This document shows positions 1 to 12,484 of a stretch of DNA of 64,000 bases, one piece after another (position 1 is the stretch's first letter; each line of letters starts with the position of its first letter). The notes below the pieces were generated by a model. The model was given only the letters and a program-made list of their open reading frames with translations. It was not told the DNA's origin and ran no database searches. A program made the translations under genes and the position numbers. Origin of the DNA: Adineta vaga (taxonomy: Eukaryota > Animalia > Rotifera); contig CP075492.1 of the NCBI GenBank assembly GCA_021613535.1, positions 12,090,001 through 12,154,000 of the forward strand, read 5' to 3'.

Positions 1-1182
1 AGGAACTGGAAAAGTTTCGAAGAAAACAAAAGCATAGTACCCATTCTCCATTCTTTAATCAACAACATCGAATGTGAAATAATACTACTTCGACAATCAA
101 CATACTTTTATATTTTCATCATACTTCATATTTTTGATAGTCATTTTAACCTGTTATAAGATGTTCTTAAATCTGAATGAAATCTATATATTTTATTCAT
201 GTTAATTGTCGAAATAAAAATCATAACCGGTTCATTAGAGCAATGCGTGTATGAAAAAGTTCTCAATCGTGATTTTCTTTCAAAGGTAAATGTGCTTGAG
301 TGACATCTATATTGTATCATAGTACCTTTTGAGTAATGCTAATGTTGATGGCTGATGAAAAGAAAAAGATTAAAAAAATGAGAGAATAGTTTTCATAAGA
401 GAAAAAAAAACATAATTAATTTCAAAATCTAAATCTATATAGATTGCTTATATTCGGAAAAAAAGAAGTACCTATAGCAATATTGAAATCGTATTCTAAC
501 AAGTGTGAATACACTTTTTCATTATTTGATTGTACGAAGATATATATATATGCATGGAAATACATTGGAATGAACATTGTATTACTTCTGTACACTTATG
601 ATCTGCTAATATTACTTTCACATTTTCTTACTATTAAACTTTATCAACAACATCACCATGAGTTTGCGTCATGGTAACCATCAGTGTTAGTCATAAACTA
701 CTTTGAATTGAATTAATTGTTTCCACAAGTTATTCCATTCTTATCATCTTTCAAATCCATTGAAATTATACCAAGCGAATATTCTGCAGTAGAATCATGG
801 TAAATATTCGTTGCTTTCTTTTTACATTATTCCTATTTAATAATGTTCATAGAACAGAACAATAGGTGTCGACAATAGTAGAAATGAATTATATAGTCAT
901 AAGAAAAACTGCAGATTGGTAAATTAGATACAGTCACGTTCTTTAATTACATCCTCAAGGTGGTTTTTTTTCCTCTTGATATACGTCAATTAAGATCATA
1001 AAAGAAATGAATCATAGTTGATAATAATATATATACTTTGTGATATATCTTTGGATTTTTCAGTAACTCGATTACATGGACATACTTACGATTTTGAATC
1101 ATACCGAACGACTTATGACACTGAGTAAAAACAATTTCTAATCCATTGTTCTTCTATTTTTTTTCAGGTGGTATACATCTAA

Positions 1183-2172
1183 ATGGCTGATGTAAATGAA
1201 ATTGGATTTGAACTTAGTGCAGATGGTGATCAATCCTTGGATATTACCGAGAGTTGTCCATCACCTCCACCTCCATTTCATCGAAAAGTACCCGAACCCA
1301 ACATTATTGTTGAACCTCCAACAACATTTATCGATCAAGAACAAAACATTCCCATCAAAGTTATTGTTCCATTTGATAATATCTTTTTTCATGACGCCAA
1401 AACCTATCTATTCGACACAACATCCAATAATGATACGAAACGAAATGTATCAACGAAAACATCTCATCCAAGTTTTTTCCAACGTTTTCTAAACTTGTTT
1501 AATTTTTCAATACTTTCTCAAGATGATCTCGAATTCAATAGACAATGTGAACAATTATTACAATTAACAAAACATCCATGTAATATGACGGATCGTATTC
1601 ATATACGAATTTTATTTACAATTTATCGTCGTTTAACGCATTCAAAAGAAATTTTCTATAATACTTTGGGTTCACATTGGGAAGACATTGGTTTTCAATC
1701 AACAAATCCTGAAACAGATTTTCGTTCGACCGGTCTTTTTTCCATATTTTTTCTTCTCTATTTTGTTGATTCAATGTATTTACCATTAGCAAAACAAATC
1801 TATGTATTTTCCCATGATCAAATTCAAGAATTTCCCTTCTGTTGCGTGGGAATTAATTTAGCAAATATGTTAATAAAATATCTTCGACAACCGAATACAT
1901 CTCGAACGAATTTACGTAAATTATCGAATGAAAATACCGCAATTGATTTAGTAGGAAAATTATTCATTGCACTTTATTTAAATTTCTATTTGAAATGGCG
2001 AGATAATGGTTATACTATTGCCAATACACAACAAGTCTTTAGTGAATTAGAAAAGATTCTGTACAATCAACCGAGAATTTTATTTCAAGAATTCGATGAT
2101 TATTTTCACAAACGACAAGAACACCGTGCACAACAGTATGAACTCAAACATACGAATGATAATTTAATTTAA
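1183..2172 (+). CDS. ELMO-domain protein (ELMOD3-like Arf/Arl GAP), single coding exon
   Basis: 329-aa ORF with the ELMOD GAP signature WEDIGFQSTNPETDFRSTG (WxxxGFQxxxPxTDFRxxG) and FPFCCVGINL. Acceptor ttttcag at 1167 precedes the ATG. Confidence 0.88.
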   Translation: MADVNEIGFELSADGDQSLDITESCPSPPPPFHRKVPEPNIIVEPPTTFIDQEQNIPIKVIVPFDNIFFHDAKTYLFDTTSNNDTKRNVSTKTSHPSFFQRFLNLFNFSILSQDDLEFNRQCEQLLQLTKHPCNMTDRIHIRILFTIYRRLTHSKEIFYNTLGSHWEDIGFQSTNPETDFRSTGLFSIFFLLYFVDSMYLPLAKQIYVFSHDQIQEFPFCCVGINLANMLIKYLRQPNTSRTNLRKLSNENTAIDLVGKLFIALYLNFYLKWRDNGYTIANTQQVFSELEKILYNQPRILFQEFDDYFHKRQEHRAQQYELKHTNDNLI

Positions 2173-2346
2173 AATGAATTGTTGTTTTTTCTTTTGTAAA
2201 AAGTAATCGAGACAGGAGTCAGAAATTCGATAGTATCTTGCCGAAATTGTATTTCAAACTCAAACTTTTTTTCTTTGTGATATTTCATATAAATTTATAT
2301 GATATGATTTTGTGTATTTCTTTCAGATCAAATCGTTAGTGTTGAG

Positions 2347-3335
2347 ATGTCTATGCGAAATATTCTCGGATTAATACTAGCTGCTATTGTGACTGGTGCA
2401 ATGCTATGGGCATGTAGTTTTGAAGTAGAACAGATTATTATGGGTGAATTGGCAACAGCTGCTGGTGGAAAATATAAATTTTTGACAATATTAAATCTAG
2501 TAAGAGATGACTGTTGATTAACAAGTAATAAAGACGAACGTTTTGTCTAGCATCTTCAAGCAGTTTATTTTGGTTTATGTATTGTCAACTTCTTTTTTGG
2601 TAGTAATACGCTTGTATTAGAAAAACGTTCATTTTTACAAAAACTACGTGATTTTCTTTATGCTGGAGCGGCTTTTCCAATCGGAATGGTAAAAGAGAGC
2701 GGAAGAGAAAGATTTGTGAATATTTCAAAATCTCTATCTCTTTTAATTTAGTTTGTATGCATCACATTCTGGAGTTTATACTATATTGACCGGAAATTGA
2801 TCTATCCAGAAGAATTAGATCAACTTGTTTCACCAATTCTTAATCATGTTATGGTAAAAATGACAAACTCTTTGATAATACATTTCGTGTTCTTTCTTTT
2901 AAGCATACTTTACCAGGAATAGCTGTTTGTTTAGAAAATCTTTTGCATTGTCATCGTTATCCATCGCGAGTCTTAGGTTTATTATGTGTGATCAGCATAT
3001 CCGTTGCGTACATGGCATGGTAATATGATTGGACATCAAATTTCGAAAATCTTGTTGGATTTTTTTTCATTTAGGATTCATTATTTACATCATCTTCATT
3101 GGTTGAAATTTAAAATGAATCTTTGGGTTTATCCAATATTGAATGAATTATCATTTATGTATCGTGGTTTATTCTTATTCGGTTCAACAGTATTCAATGT
3201 TGGATTATATTTTATTGGTGAAATGTATACGTTATTTTTGACAAGTAAAAATCTACTTTGTTTAATACGAAAGATATCGATACGTTCATTTTAGATTTAC
3301 AAACAATCAAAACTATTCGCGATAAAAAGAAATAG
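2347..3335 (+). CDS. AIG1: AIG1/ADTRP (FAR-17a) family multipass membrane hydrolase, multi-exon
   Basis: Spliced translation MSMRNILGL...GGKYKFLTILNL...DRKLIYPEELDQLVSPILNHVMHTLP...WVYPIL. The catalytic Thr (FLT) and His (NHVMH) typical of the family are present. Stop TAG at 3333-3335. Confidence 0.85.
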
Positions 3336-3420
3336 TAGACGGAACATATTTTATTTTTTCATTGATAGAATCATTTAACAAAAGATTGATTGTCTCTCAT
3401 TTCTGAAGTCATTCTTCTAG

Positions 3421-6272
3421 ATGCCTGTAGAAAAGATTACTTTTACGCATCGATTTGGTATTATTTCATCATCATATAAGCAAAAATTAGAAAAACATAT
3501 CCAAGAAAAAGCACAAAAAAGTGATCGATCATCTTCATCAAATTCTACCGATCAACATGAGTAGGACTAAATGATATTTGTATCAATATTTCAAAGCGAT
3601 GCTTCTCTTTTGTATTCTAGAAAACATTTATTACTTGAAGTAACAGAAGAATTTGTACAGGATTATAATAAAGCATCGACAAGCGAACGAATTAAAAAGA
3701 ATGAAATCATTTATCGTATGTTACAACGACTGAAGGTAAATAGAAGACGAAAACTAGGAAAACCTTCCAATGAACTGTTGAGATCTGTAGAGTTTTGTTT
3801 AGCGATATAGTATCTATTCTTTTCATTTGATTAGAGGAAAGCAACGCAATATCAATCATATGCAGATGGATCAATTCAATTGCAAATGGCTTGGTAAATA
3901 AATTTATTTCAAAATCACTCGAAATTTTCATTCATTTTCTACTCCTTAGGGCAGAATTATGTTTATTATCTCAATGTAAATCAAAATATCAAGAAGGTAT
4001 GTATAAAAAAAGAGAATATATTAAGATAAATGTTTGCATTTAGAATGTTTGACAACACTTTATCGAGCTTTAATTTACAGTCCATTGAATGCAACTCAGA
4101 TTCCAACATTGTTTTTCCTTGCGGAAACTATTCTTTATTGGGTAAAAAATGATGCTGTTCTCGAACCATTTCTAACCTCGACAGAATTGAAGTTATTGAA
4201 AGTAAGAAAAATAAAAACAAATGACTAAAAAACTAAATTAAAATTTTGTGTAGATTGCTCAGATCATTTTTCAATTATTATATTTCCACTATTTAGAAGG
4301 TAAAATAAACAATAGCTAACAGTATTCTTACATGTTTTCTTTCTGATATTCAGGTTCAACTGAATCTTATGAAGAATTTAAAGTCCGTCTTTATTCATAT
4401 TTAGATGGTAAATATTAGTCGTACTGTTCATTTGAAATCATTTCATATTTAGGTCTTGAAGAATGTGAATCAGCATACTCATCTTATCCAAATGCTGTAT
4501 GGTGTGTTCGTTACATTGAATCTGTTGGTTCAGTTCTTGTTGCAAGTGTTGGAAGACAACCTATGAGTTCTCGATGTAATGTTTCGTCTGTAGCAAGTTT
4601 TCCCATTCCACAAGATCCACCGGAAGATGCTGAAAAAACAAATAAATCAGAATTACGTGCTCAAGTTCAAGAATTATCACCAATTATATGGTATTCAGTT
4701 GATCTTTGGTCGTTTGTGAAAAAACATTCGACAACTAATTTATCGGAATCATTGAATCAGTATTTAAACGATGTTCTTCTCGCATTAATCACTTGTCGTT
4801 ATAAATTGATCGAAGAAAATTGGTAAGAAATATCTAAATACAACATGAAATGCTAATGAATATTGATGCATTAGGATCGATATTGTAATAACCTTTCAAA
4901 TTCTTGCAGATGTTGCAAAAACGAATATTGATATATTAGAAACTATTCAATTATTGGCTCAATGTAAAAACTACGTTTCTAAGTGGATTTCTAACGAATG
5001 TCTTTGTCTTTTTCTCTAGCTGAATTGAACACTCAACTTCCATTACTTAAACATTCCGAAAATCAAATGATATCGTATGGTTGGCGTTCATGGTCTTGGC
5101 AACTAATCGTTCTTTTATGTGAATGTTTAACATCGATTGGTATCGGTTCAGATCAAGCGATTATTAAACGAACAATTCTATTTGGACATGAAACATCATC
5201 CGATAGTATTCTTGCTTATGCAAGAAATACAAATGAACAGAATATACGATCCAATGATAATGTATGTCTCATGCAAATGTTAAGTTATCATACGATTGAT
5301 AATAATAATAACAATAATAATAGTACTGATAATGATGATGATGATGATGATCAATCATGGCGTATTCGATACATGGGACTTTTATGTATGTCTCAAATTT
5401 ATAAACATTTACAGAATGAACGTCGTCATAAAACGTTAAGTAATTTACTTTGGATGTTCATACATGAATATGAACAATATGAACGTGATAATCGAATACT
5501 TGAAGCATTAAAAGTTGGACGAGTAATGTGAAACTATATCGATAGGTTTCTCAAATCGAAAACTTCTATGTTTTTCACTTTAGTTCGATGATGATATCAT
5601 ACAATCAATGAAATATGACTTAACAGAAAGTCAACCGGGTACCATTTATACGAGTATAGCACAACGTTTTGCTGATGGAATTTTACCACATTCAACACCA
5701 TCAGACTTACAAACACCTCAACCACAAAATCCCACGAAAAGATCTATGAGAAAAAGTCAATATGTACAATCATCATTATCGTCACAAAATACACCTCGAA
5801 ATGATTCTGATTTACTACCTTCTTCAACTTCTAGGTTAATCCTTCGACTTTCTTGTCACCCTCACACTATTTCTTTCGTTAATTTCTAGACTTGACAAAA
5901 AACCTATTCAAGTCAAACAAATCATCAAAGATAATATCAATGATGTATTCAAACGAAAAGGACAAGTATTTCAAAGTATAGTTATTGATCAAGTTCGTTT
6001 TCTCTTCTTGTTCTTTCATTATTTTCCTATATTTGAACACTTTAATACTTTAGTATCGTAGACAACTTGAAGAAAATAAAGAAGAAACAGCTGATGTCAT
6101 TGAACAATTAGATTCTATGATCGATAAAGCAAAAGAAACAACACCATTGAATGAAAATTTAGTTTCAAGTATTTTTACTAAATCAAATAAGAAATTTATT
6201 CATGATCCACTTCAAGAACGCCGAGCATTAGTAGAATCGATGGGTGAACAACTGATAACCGATGAACAGTGA
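3421..6272 (+). CDS. TMEM232: TMEM232-like protein, multi-exon
   Basis: MPVEKITFTHRFGIISSSY...VTEEFVQDYN...RLKRK...MAWAELCLLSQCK...IPTLFFLAETILY...TELKLLKIAQIIF resembles TMEM232 as recalled. Last exon ends ...LITDEQ* at 6272. Confidence 0.8.
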
Positions 6273-6534
6273 TAATCTCATTTACAAAACTGATACATTT
6301 TCTCTTCTTCCGTCCATTTATTTTAATCTCATTCTCTTTTTTCGAAACATAAAATTTTTTTCTACTTTTCCATTGAATGCATAAATAAATAGATTCCATA
6401 CGATTGGTCGATTGTCATCCAATAAAAAATGAAAGACGAAATCTCGTTATTTTTTTCTCGTGTGTTGTGTTTTTACATCGCTCGCATTGTAAAGACTTGA
6501 TCTTAATTTGTAGATACATTTCTGTGACAAAACT

Positions 6535-7392
6535 ATGCTAGCTGCCAGTGGTCGATGTGTATCTCTTAGTGCATTACCTCGTGCAAATGCATTAACTTTT
6601 ATTCGTCAAGCATCATCACATTCAAATAAAAATAAAGATGAATCAGTTGCTGTTTCCACACCATCATCTGGTTCACATGACGATTCAGGTCGTTCACCCA
6701 TGAGTCAACGGCCATTACCTCCTGATGATGGCAAAGTCCGTATGTATTCATTGAATTTCACACATTTCAAAGTCATCGATTTGTTTGCAAAGGTTTCCCA
6801 AATCCATGGGATATTATTCTCAATAAACGTCGTTTTGAATATGCCATGGTTAGATATCGAATTTATCTTTCAAAGAAAAAAAAGATTAGTTTTTCTTTTA
6901 GAAATTCAAAGGATATGATGATCCATTCGATATGATGCCAGTTAAACGTATTGCTAACAGTACATCAGAGAATCCGAATTTATTACCAAGTTGTAATGAT
7001 AAACGATTGATGGCTTGTATCTGTAAGTTAATTTATTGATCTAGATAGATACATCAATACACATTTTATATTCTAGGTAATGAAGATGTCTATCACTTGA
7101 AATGGATGCACCTTCATCGTGGTGAACCAAAACGATGTTATTGTGGTATGATGAATTAGCTTTTGCTTCGTATTGAGAAAGAGATCAACCTTGACATGTT
7201 TCTGTAACATCATTTTCTTCTGTCGTTGTCGAGACTTTCAATACGATGGATCAGAATTGAGTCTTCTCGATTTGATTAACTAACTAGTCTTATTTATGTT
7301 TAGGTCATTGGTTTAAATTAACTGAACGACAATATGTTGATTTAAGTGATTTTGGTATCACCGAAGAAATGCAGAAACCAGCTGCTCATTAA
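6535..7392 (+). CDS. COX5B: Cytochrome c oxidase subunit 5B, mitochondrial, multi-exon
   Basis: Mitochondrial-type N-terminus, then GYDDPFDM...NPNLLPSCNDKRLMACICNED...WMHLHRGEPKRCYCGHWFKL with the Zn-binding CxC...CxCG motif. Confidence 0.93.
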
Positions 7393-7561
7393 CACTTGTC
7401 CTTCATTTTTTTTCTTCTATTAGATCATTATAGCATTTTTCTTCGATTTAGATTGATCTTTTCTTTTTTTTCCTTCTCTTTCATTATCATTTAATTGAAA
7501 TAAAAAAAAGAACCCAACAACAAAAGAATCAACTCGAATTGCTTTTCTTTTGCTTTTAGAT

Positions 7562-9007
7562 ATGTCTGATTATCAATTAAGTAATGAAGATCATGAAGCT
7601 TTAGAAAAATTTACGAAATTTTTCCTTGTCAAAGCTGCACAGATCATTGTTCAGTCACGTTTAGGTGAAAAGAAAATGACTAAATCGAAACCTGTCTGTT
7701 CCGGAAATGAATGGGTAAATATTTAGTTAACTTATATTTCTTTCAAAAAAGCTTTCTCACTTGTAGTTTCATCTTTCAATCAAAGACATTCCAGAGGTGA
7801 CTGTTAATGCAAAAAAATGTCTTGGCGACGTACAACATCTACTTATTAATCCACCACATAGTTCATTCTGTGTAGAAATTTCTCTACGTACACCAGATTG
7901 TACTACAATTACTTTAGAAACATGGTGTATATCATTTGATGATTCTGTTTCTGATCCTTCTCAACGTGTTCGATTTAATATCTATAATCGTATGAGTATT
8001 GTTCTTCGATCCTTGCTAACATGTACACGTGCAACACCAACTTATCAATTATCACGAAAACAATCGGCTGATAAATATATCATTTGTTATAAAATGTATA
8101 GTGGAGAACCGATTGTGAGTCATCTTGGTGAACATTATTCAAAGAAAACAATTGGAAGTATTTTAACACCTATTGGACGTTTTGTTTTAAATATAGCATA
8201 TCGAACACGTTTAACAATGGCATTGACATCAATGGAAAATGGAACAGTTTCGAATGTAAATTCATGTGCTATCGATATTAAAGATAATCATTTCTCATTG
8301 AATCGAAATCAATATAGCGTAGATGAGTAAGAAAAGAAATCTTTTCTCAGTAAAATTTCTTCATATTCGACTTATTTTGAATCTGTAGCGAAACTGATGC
8401 ACAACTACCATCGACACATAATTCAAGTGTACCAAAAAGTTCACCAATTGAGGTGATGAAACGACGGAATACTAGTTGTGATTCCGTATCTTCTAGTCAT
8501 GGGTAATTTATTTGAAAGATAACATAACTATTATCATTCAACAATATCATATTTTTTAGGACACCAGATAAAGTTTATTACAGTAAATTACGTGCTGCTT
8601 TTAATCCACCAGCTACAGTTACACATACATCTTCACATGTGGGTTCATATTCTCGTATCAATGAGAATGATTCACCCTATGTTCTTATGCAGCAACAGCA
8701 CCATCAATCGATAGAACATATACAACATTCGAAACCAAATTATTCTCCTAGTGCTGATTTAGATAATGAAACAGCGCCAGATGATTTTATTCTTGTTGAA
8801 GTGAAACCATTTTTTGGTAAAAGTGATTCTACCGATGATCTTGCTCTCTTTATTCGTTCATGTCAACAGCCACCCATACTTGAATCATTCGTTGTTGAAC
8901 CATCACTTGGAGAAACAATCAATCAATTAAATGATGAACTACGTGTATTCGAATCGAAAGTAGAAGAATTTGATCAACTTGTTGGATCACTATCTTCAGT
9001 GGAATAA
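7562..9007 (+). CDS. ATG13: Autophagy-related protein 13, multi-exon
   Basis: HORMA domain start LEKFTKFFLVKAAQIIVQSRLGEK...WFHLSIKDIPEVT, LETWCI, RATPTYQLSRKQ; LIR-like DDFILV; C-terminal EFDQLVGSL. Confidence 0.93.
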
Positions 9008-9804
9008 GAAACGTTATTTATTTTATTTTTATTATTTTAACGCACTTCCCGATCTCTCTCTCTCTACTACCACTACTATTGTACAGTAAAATGTCAACAG
9101 AATTCTTCTTTGTATAGGTATTCGTTTGAGCGAATGTAAAAAAAATTCTTGAAGTTTATGATACCAATTGAAAGTAATTTATTCGTTTTGTCGCCTTTTT
9201 TTCTCTCTCTCTCTGTTGCATTCGTTATTATTGTCATTCTGACATATTTTGTATATTTATTCGATGTAATACATTTTGTTTTGTTTCGAGAAACATTTTC
9301 TGCTCAAATCATCGAATATTCATAATTGGAGAATAGAAAATTGAATGTTATTTCCTAAGTTGGATGGGATTGCAGGTGATAAATGATAATTTCTTTGTCT
9401 GATCATTGGACGCTATAGACAATATCAATTCTTCGTGCCAATCGATTAAATTAGATATCTTATTATCTCGGTTTTGTTTTATTACCATGTTTTTTTTTCT
9501 TCTTCTCAGATCGCAGTATAAAAACAACATCTTCTTGTCGCCAGAGAACGAACAAATAAAGCCAAGACACTCGCACAGCAAACACACAAGACAATAAGAC
9601 GGACAAAAGAGAACATAACACACACACGCACGCACGTACACGTATACATCAAATCATAGACTTCGAGTAAAAAAAGGAGAAGAAGAGATTTAGGTATCAC
9701 CGAGTTTTTTCGCAAAAAAATCCATAAGCATATAAATGCGTTTTTCTTATTAAAAAATCTTCTTCTTCTATTGCACTTTGTTTGTTCGAAGTATATTGAT
9801 GTAT

Positions 9805-12000
9805 TTATTCATCTCTGGACTTTTGATCATCGACTGCTGTTATACTATCATCTGGATTTTGTAAGGTACTCGATGCGACAACAGCATCATCGCTTATGGT
9901 ACTTCCATTTACTACTGTCGAGACTTCATTGAGATTAATTTTATTAATACCATTTAATTGTTCACTAACGCTTTGATTGGAATCATCAGCGGTCGTATCA
10001 CGACTCATTTGTATAATCGATTGAATACGTCGTTGTGCAAACTAAATATGATCGATTATCAATAGAAATTAAAATAAAGAAATGAATAAAACTTTACTTG
10101 ACTAGCTTGAAAAGAACCGATAATTTTAACGGGAACTTCATTTGCCGATGTTTGTTGAGAATCGTCAGGTAATTTTATAATTGCACCAGTTGATTGCTGT
10201 AATTGACGAACCTAGATAAATGAAAAGTTTTAGACAAGATTATGCAAAGCATTTTCTCTTACATTATGGCCACCTTTGCCAACTAGACGTCCAATTAATG
10301 ACGTAGGAACAAATATTTCTGCGCGAAGTCGAACTTCATCGTCACCAGCATATCCTGAAAACAACATGCAGATAAAGATAAGGATGTTTATAAAAAAAAT
10401 TGAATGTGATTTTCTCAAGAATATCTATATACCTCTCAAGAGTTTATCATTAATAACTATCGTTAGAACTTTTTGTTAAGAAGAATGAAACAAACCTTCT
10501 TGTCGAATTTTATCATAAATATAATATTGACTTTTCCATTGAGCTTCAGGTGTTCCTGTTATTGTTACTTGACGATCCACTATTTTATTTTGATCTTCGT
10601 CAGGATTTGGTGGATTAATCTAGGAAAAAAAAATAGATCATTCATCAGTAGAAAAGAGCGGAGATGATTGAAGTAAAAATTACTTTAACTGTTGCATTGG
10701 AATTTTTTATAATACTTTTAATAAAAAGACCTTTTGTTCCAATAATTGCTCCGATGATCGTATTTGGTACATATAAATGAACAGTTTCTATTACTACCGG
10801 CGCATTTTGCAATGAATATGAATGTTGTTGTTGATGATGAGAAAGATTTCCATTCACATACGGATTTGATTGAGAAGAAATCATTGGACCAGCGGATGTA
10901 TAAGGCATATAGAATGAACCCGAAGCAGGAAACATTGAGGTCTAAAAATCAAAATGTTTCAATCGTAACATGTGATATTTCACTTACGTAATAAGCTGGA
11001 TGATATATTGCATTTGAATTTGGTTGTTCAATAAATTTAGTCGATGAACCATTACTATTATTTGTCTGTGTTTGATGAACTATCGATTGAGCTGCCTGAG
11101 GATAATGTGTTGTTGATAGAACTGAACCTGTAGCATTTATCATTGCTGCTTGTTGAGCGAATTGTTGCATTAATTGTTGCTGTTGCTGCTGTTGATAATA
11201 TTGTGACGAATAATTCCATGCTCGAGCATTATCACTTTCATTTGCCAGACATAATTTTGCATAAATAGCTTCTAGTGCACGTATTTGTTGATCTAATTCA
11301 CCTTTAATTGCTATGATTCGTTCGATATTGTATGAATTTAATTCATTAATACTTGATACCGTAATACTAAATGTAAATTATCATAATATATATACGTCAT
11401 CAAAATTATTATTTAACAAACTTCGTTTCTGTTTCATTTTTAATCGTATTAATTATATTACCACCTTTACCAATAATTCGACCGATAAAATTATTATGTG
11501 CAAGAACTTTGACTACGATTTCACTTAAATAGAATATCACACGAAGATAAACATCTCAGCTGTTATCAACAAATTTTACTTGGTTTTATTTTTATTTTTT
11601 GCATCTTCATACATGATTTGATAAATTTCTCGACATGCTTGTATACAATTTTCTTGTTGACCACGGATAACAATCATCCGTTCTTGGCTATTTATAGATT
11701 CACTTTTATTCACATCAACTCTATAAAAAGAAATGAACAATCAGAATTAATCTCTTCTAAGTTAACTAGTACTGAAGAAAATAATTTATAAACGAGATTT
11801 TACTTTGCATGTGTATTTTGTTTAATTTGCTTAACGGTTGCACCTTGTTTACCAATGATAGCTCCAACTGAATCGCTGGGCACAAGAATTCTAGATTATA
11901 TAACAACCACAATGAGATTTGCTATTTCAAGAAAAAAAAACAAATAGGTTTATTTATACCGAAGTGGGTAATCATTTGATTGTGTATATGTATAATCCAT
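9805..12000 (-). CDS. IGF2BP: IGF2 mRNA-binding protein (Imp/IGF2BP), four KH domains, no RRM seen
   Basis: Spliced KH motifs YPLRILVPSDSVGAIIGKQG, VLAHNNFIGRIIGKGG, ETVHLYVPNTIIGAIIGTKG, VRLRAEIFVPTSLIGRLVGKGG; Q-rich linker between KH2 and KH3. Confidence 0.9.
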
Positions 12001-12484
12001 TGATTTTTGTTCGTTAAAGTAAAAGAAAGAAAAAATTTGAAACACAAAAAATACAATCACTCAAAATCACAGTTCGATTATTGAGGATAACAAACTAATA
12101 ATATAAAAATTAACCACCAAAAATCTAAAAAATGAATAATCAATGATAAATATATATATAACGAATTGAGTTTGAGAGAGAAGAAGAAGAAATCAAATAA
12201 GTAAGTAAGCAGTCTAACTGTAAACAAGCAAATAAAAATAAAGACATTTTGTTGTAAATTTCTCTTTGAAATCTTCGATTGTTTATTCGATTTAAGAAAT
12301 AAAACGAAAAGTTTTTTTTTTAAGAATTAAATAAAAACTTTTCATGGATAGATGGAGCCATACTGGTTACAATTATTTCTGATTGGAGTATCATTGTAGG
12401 AATGAATGATAGCGTATATTTTCAGTAAACATTTTATACAAAAGTGATGAAACATAGTTTTTTTTAGATTGAAATATTAAAATA
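12001..12484. promoter_or_regulatory. Probable bidirectional promoter region between IGF2BP (-) and ZC3H11A-like (+)
   Basis: Head-to-head ATGs 484 bp apart; inverted CCAAT box (gattgg) at ~12381. Confidence 0.5.

Noticed and set aside
600-1000. Possible glycosyltransferase-like motif (AD..RY..L...GG..LD) in an upstream spliced remnant
   Set aside because: Multiple stops and wrong spacing; cannot be supported without a profile search.
3803-3809. 7-nt microexon (tttag|CGATATA|gtatc) in TMEM232
   Set aside because: It would frameshift and leave a 25-nt intron. The single intron 3736-3834 restores the conserved RLKRK...AW.E frame.
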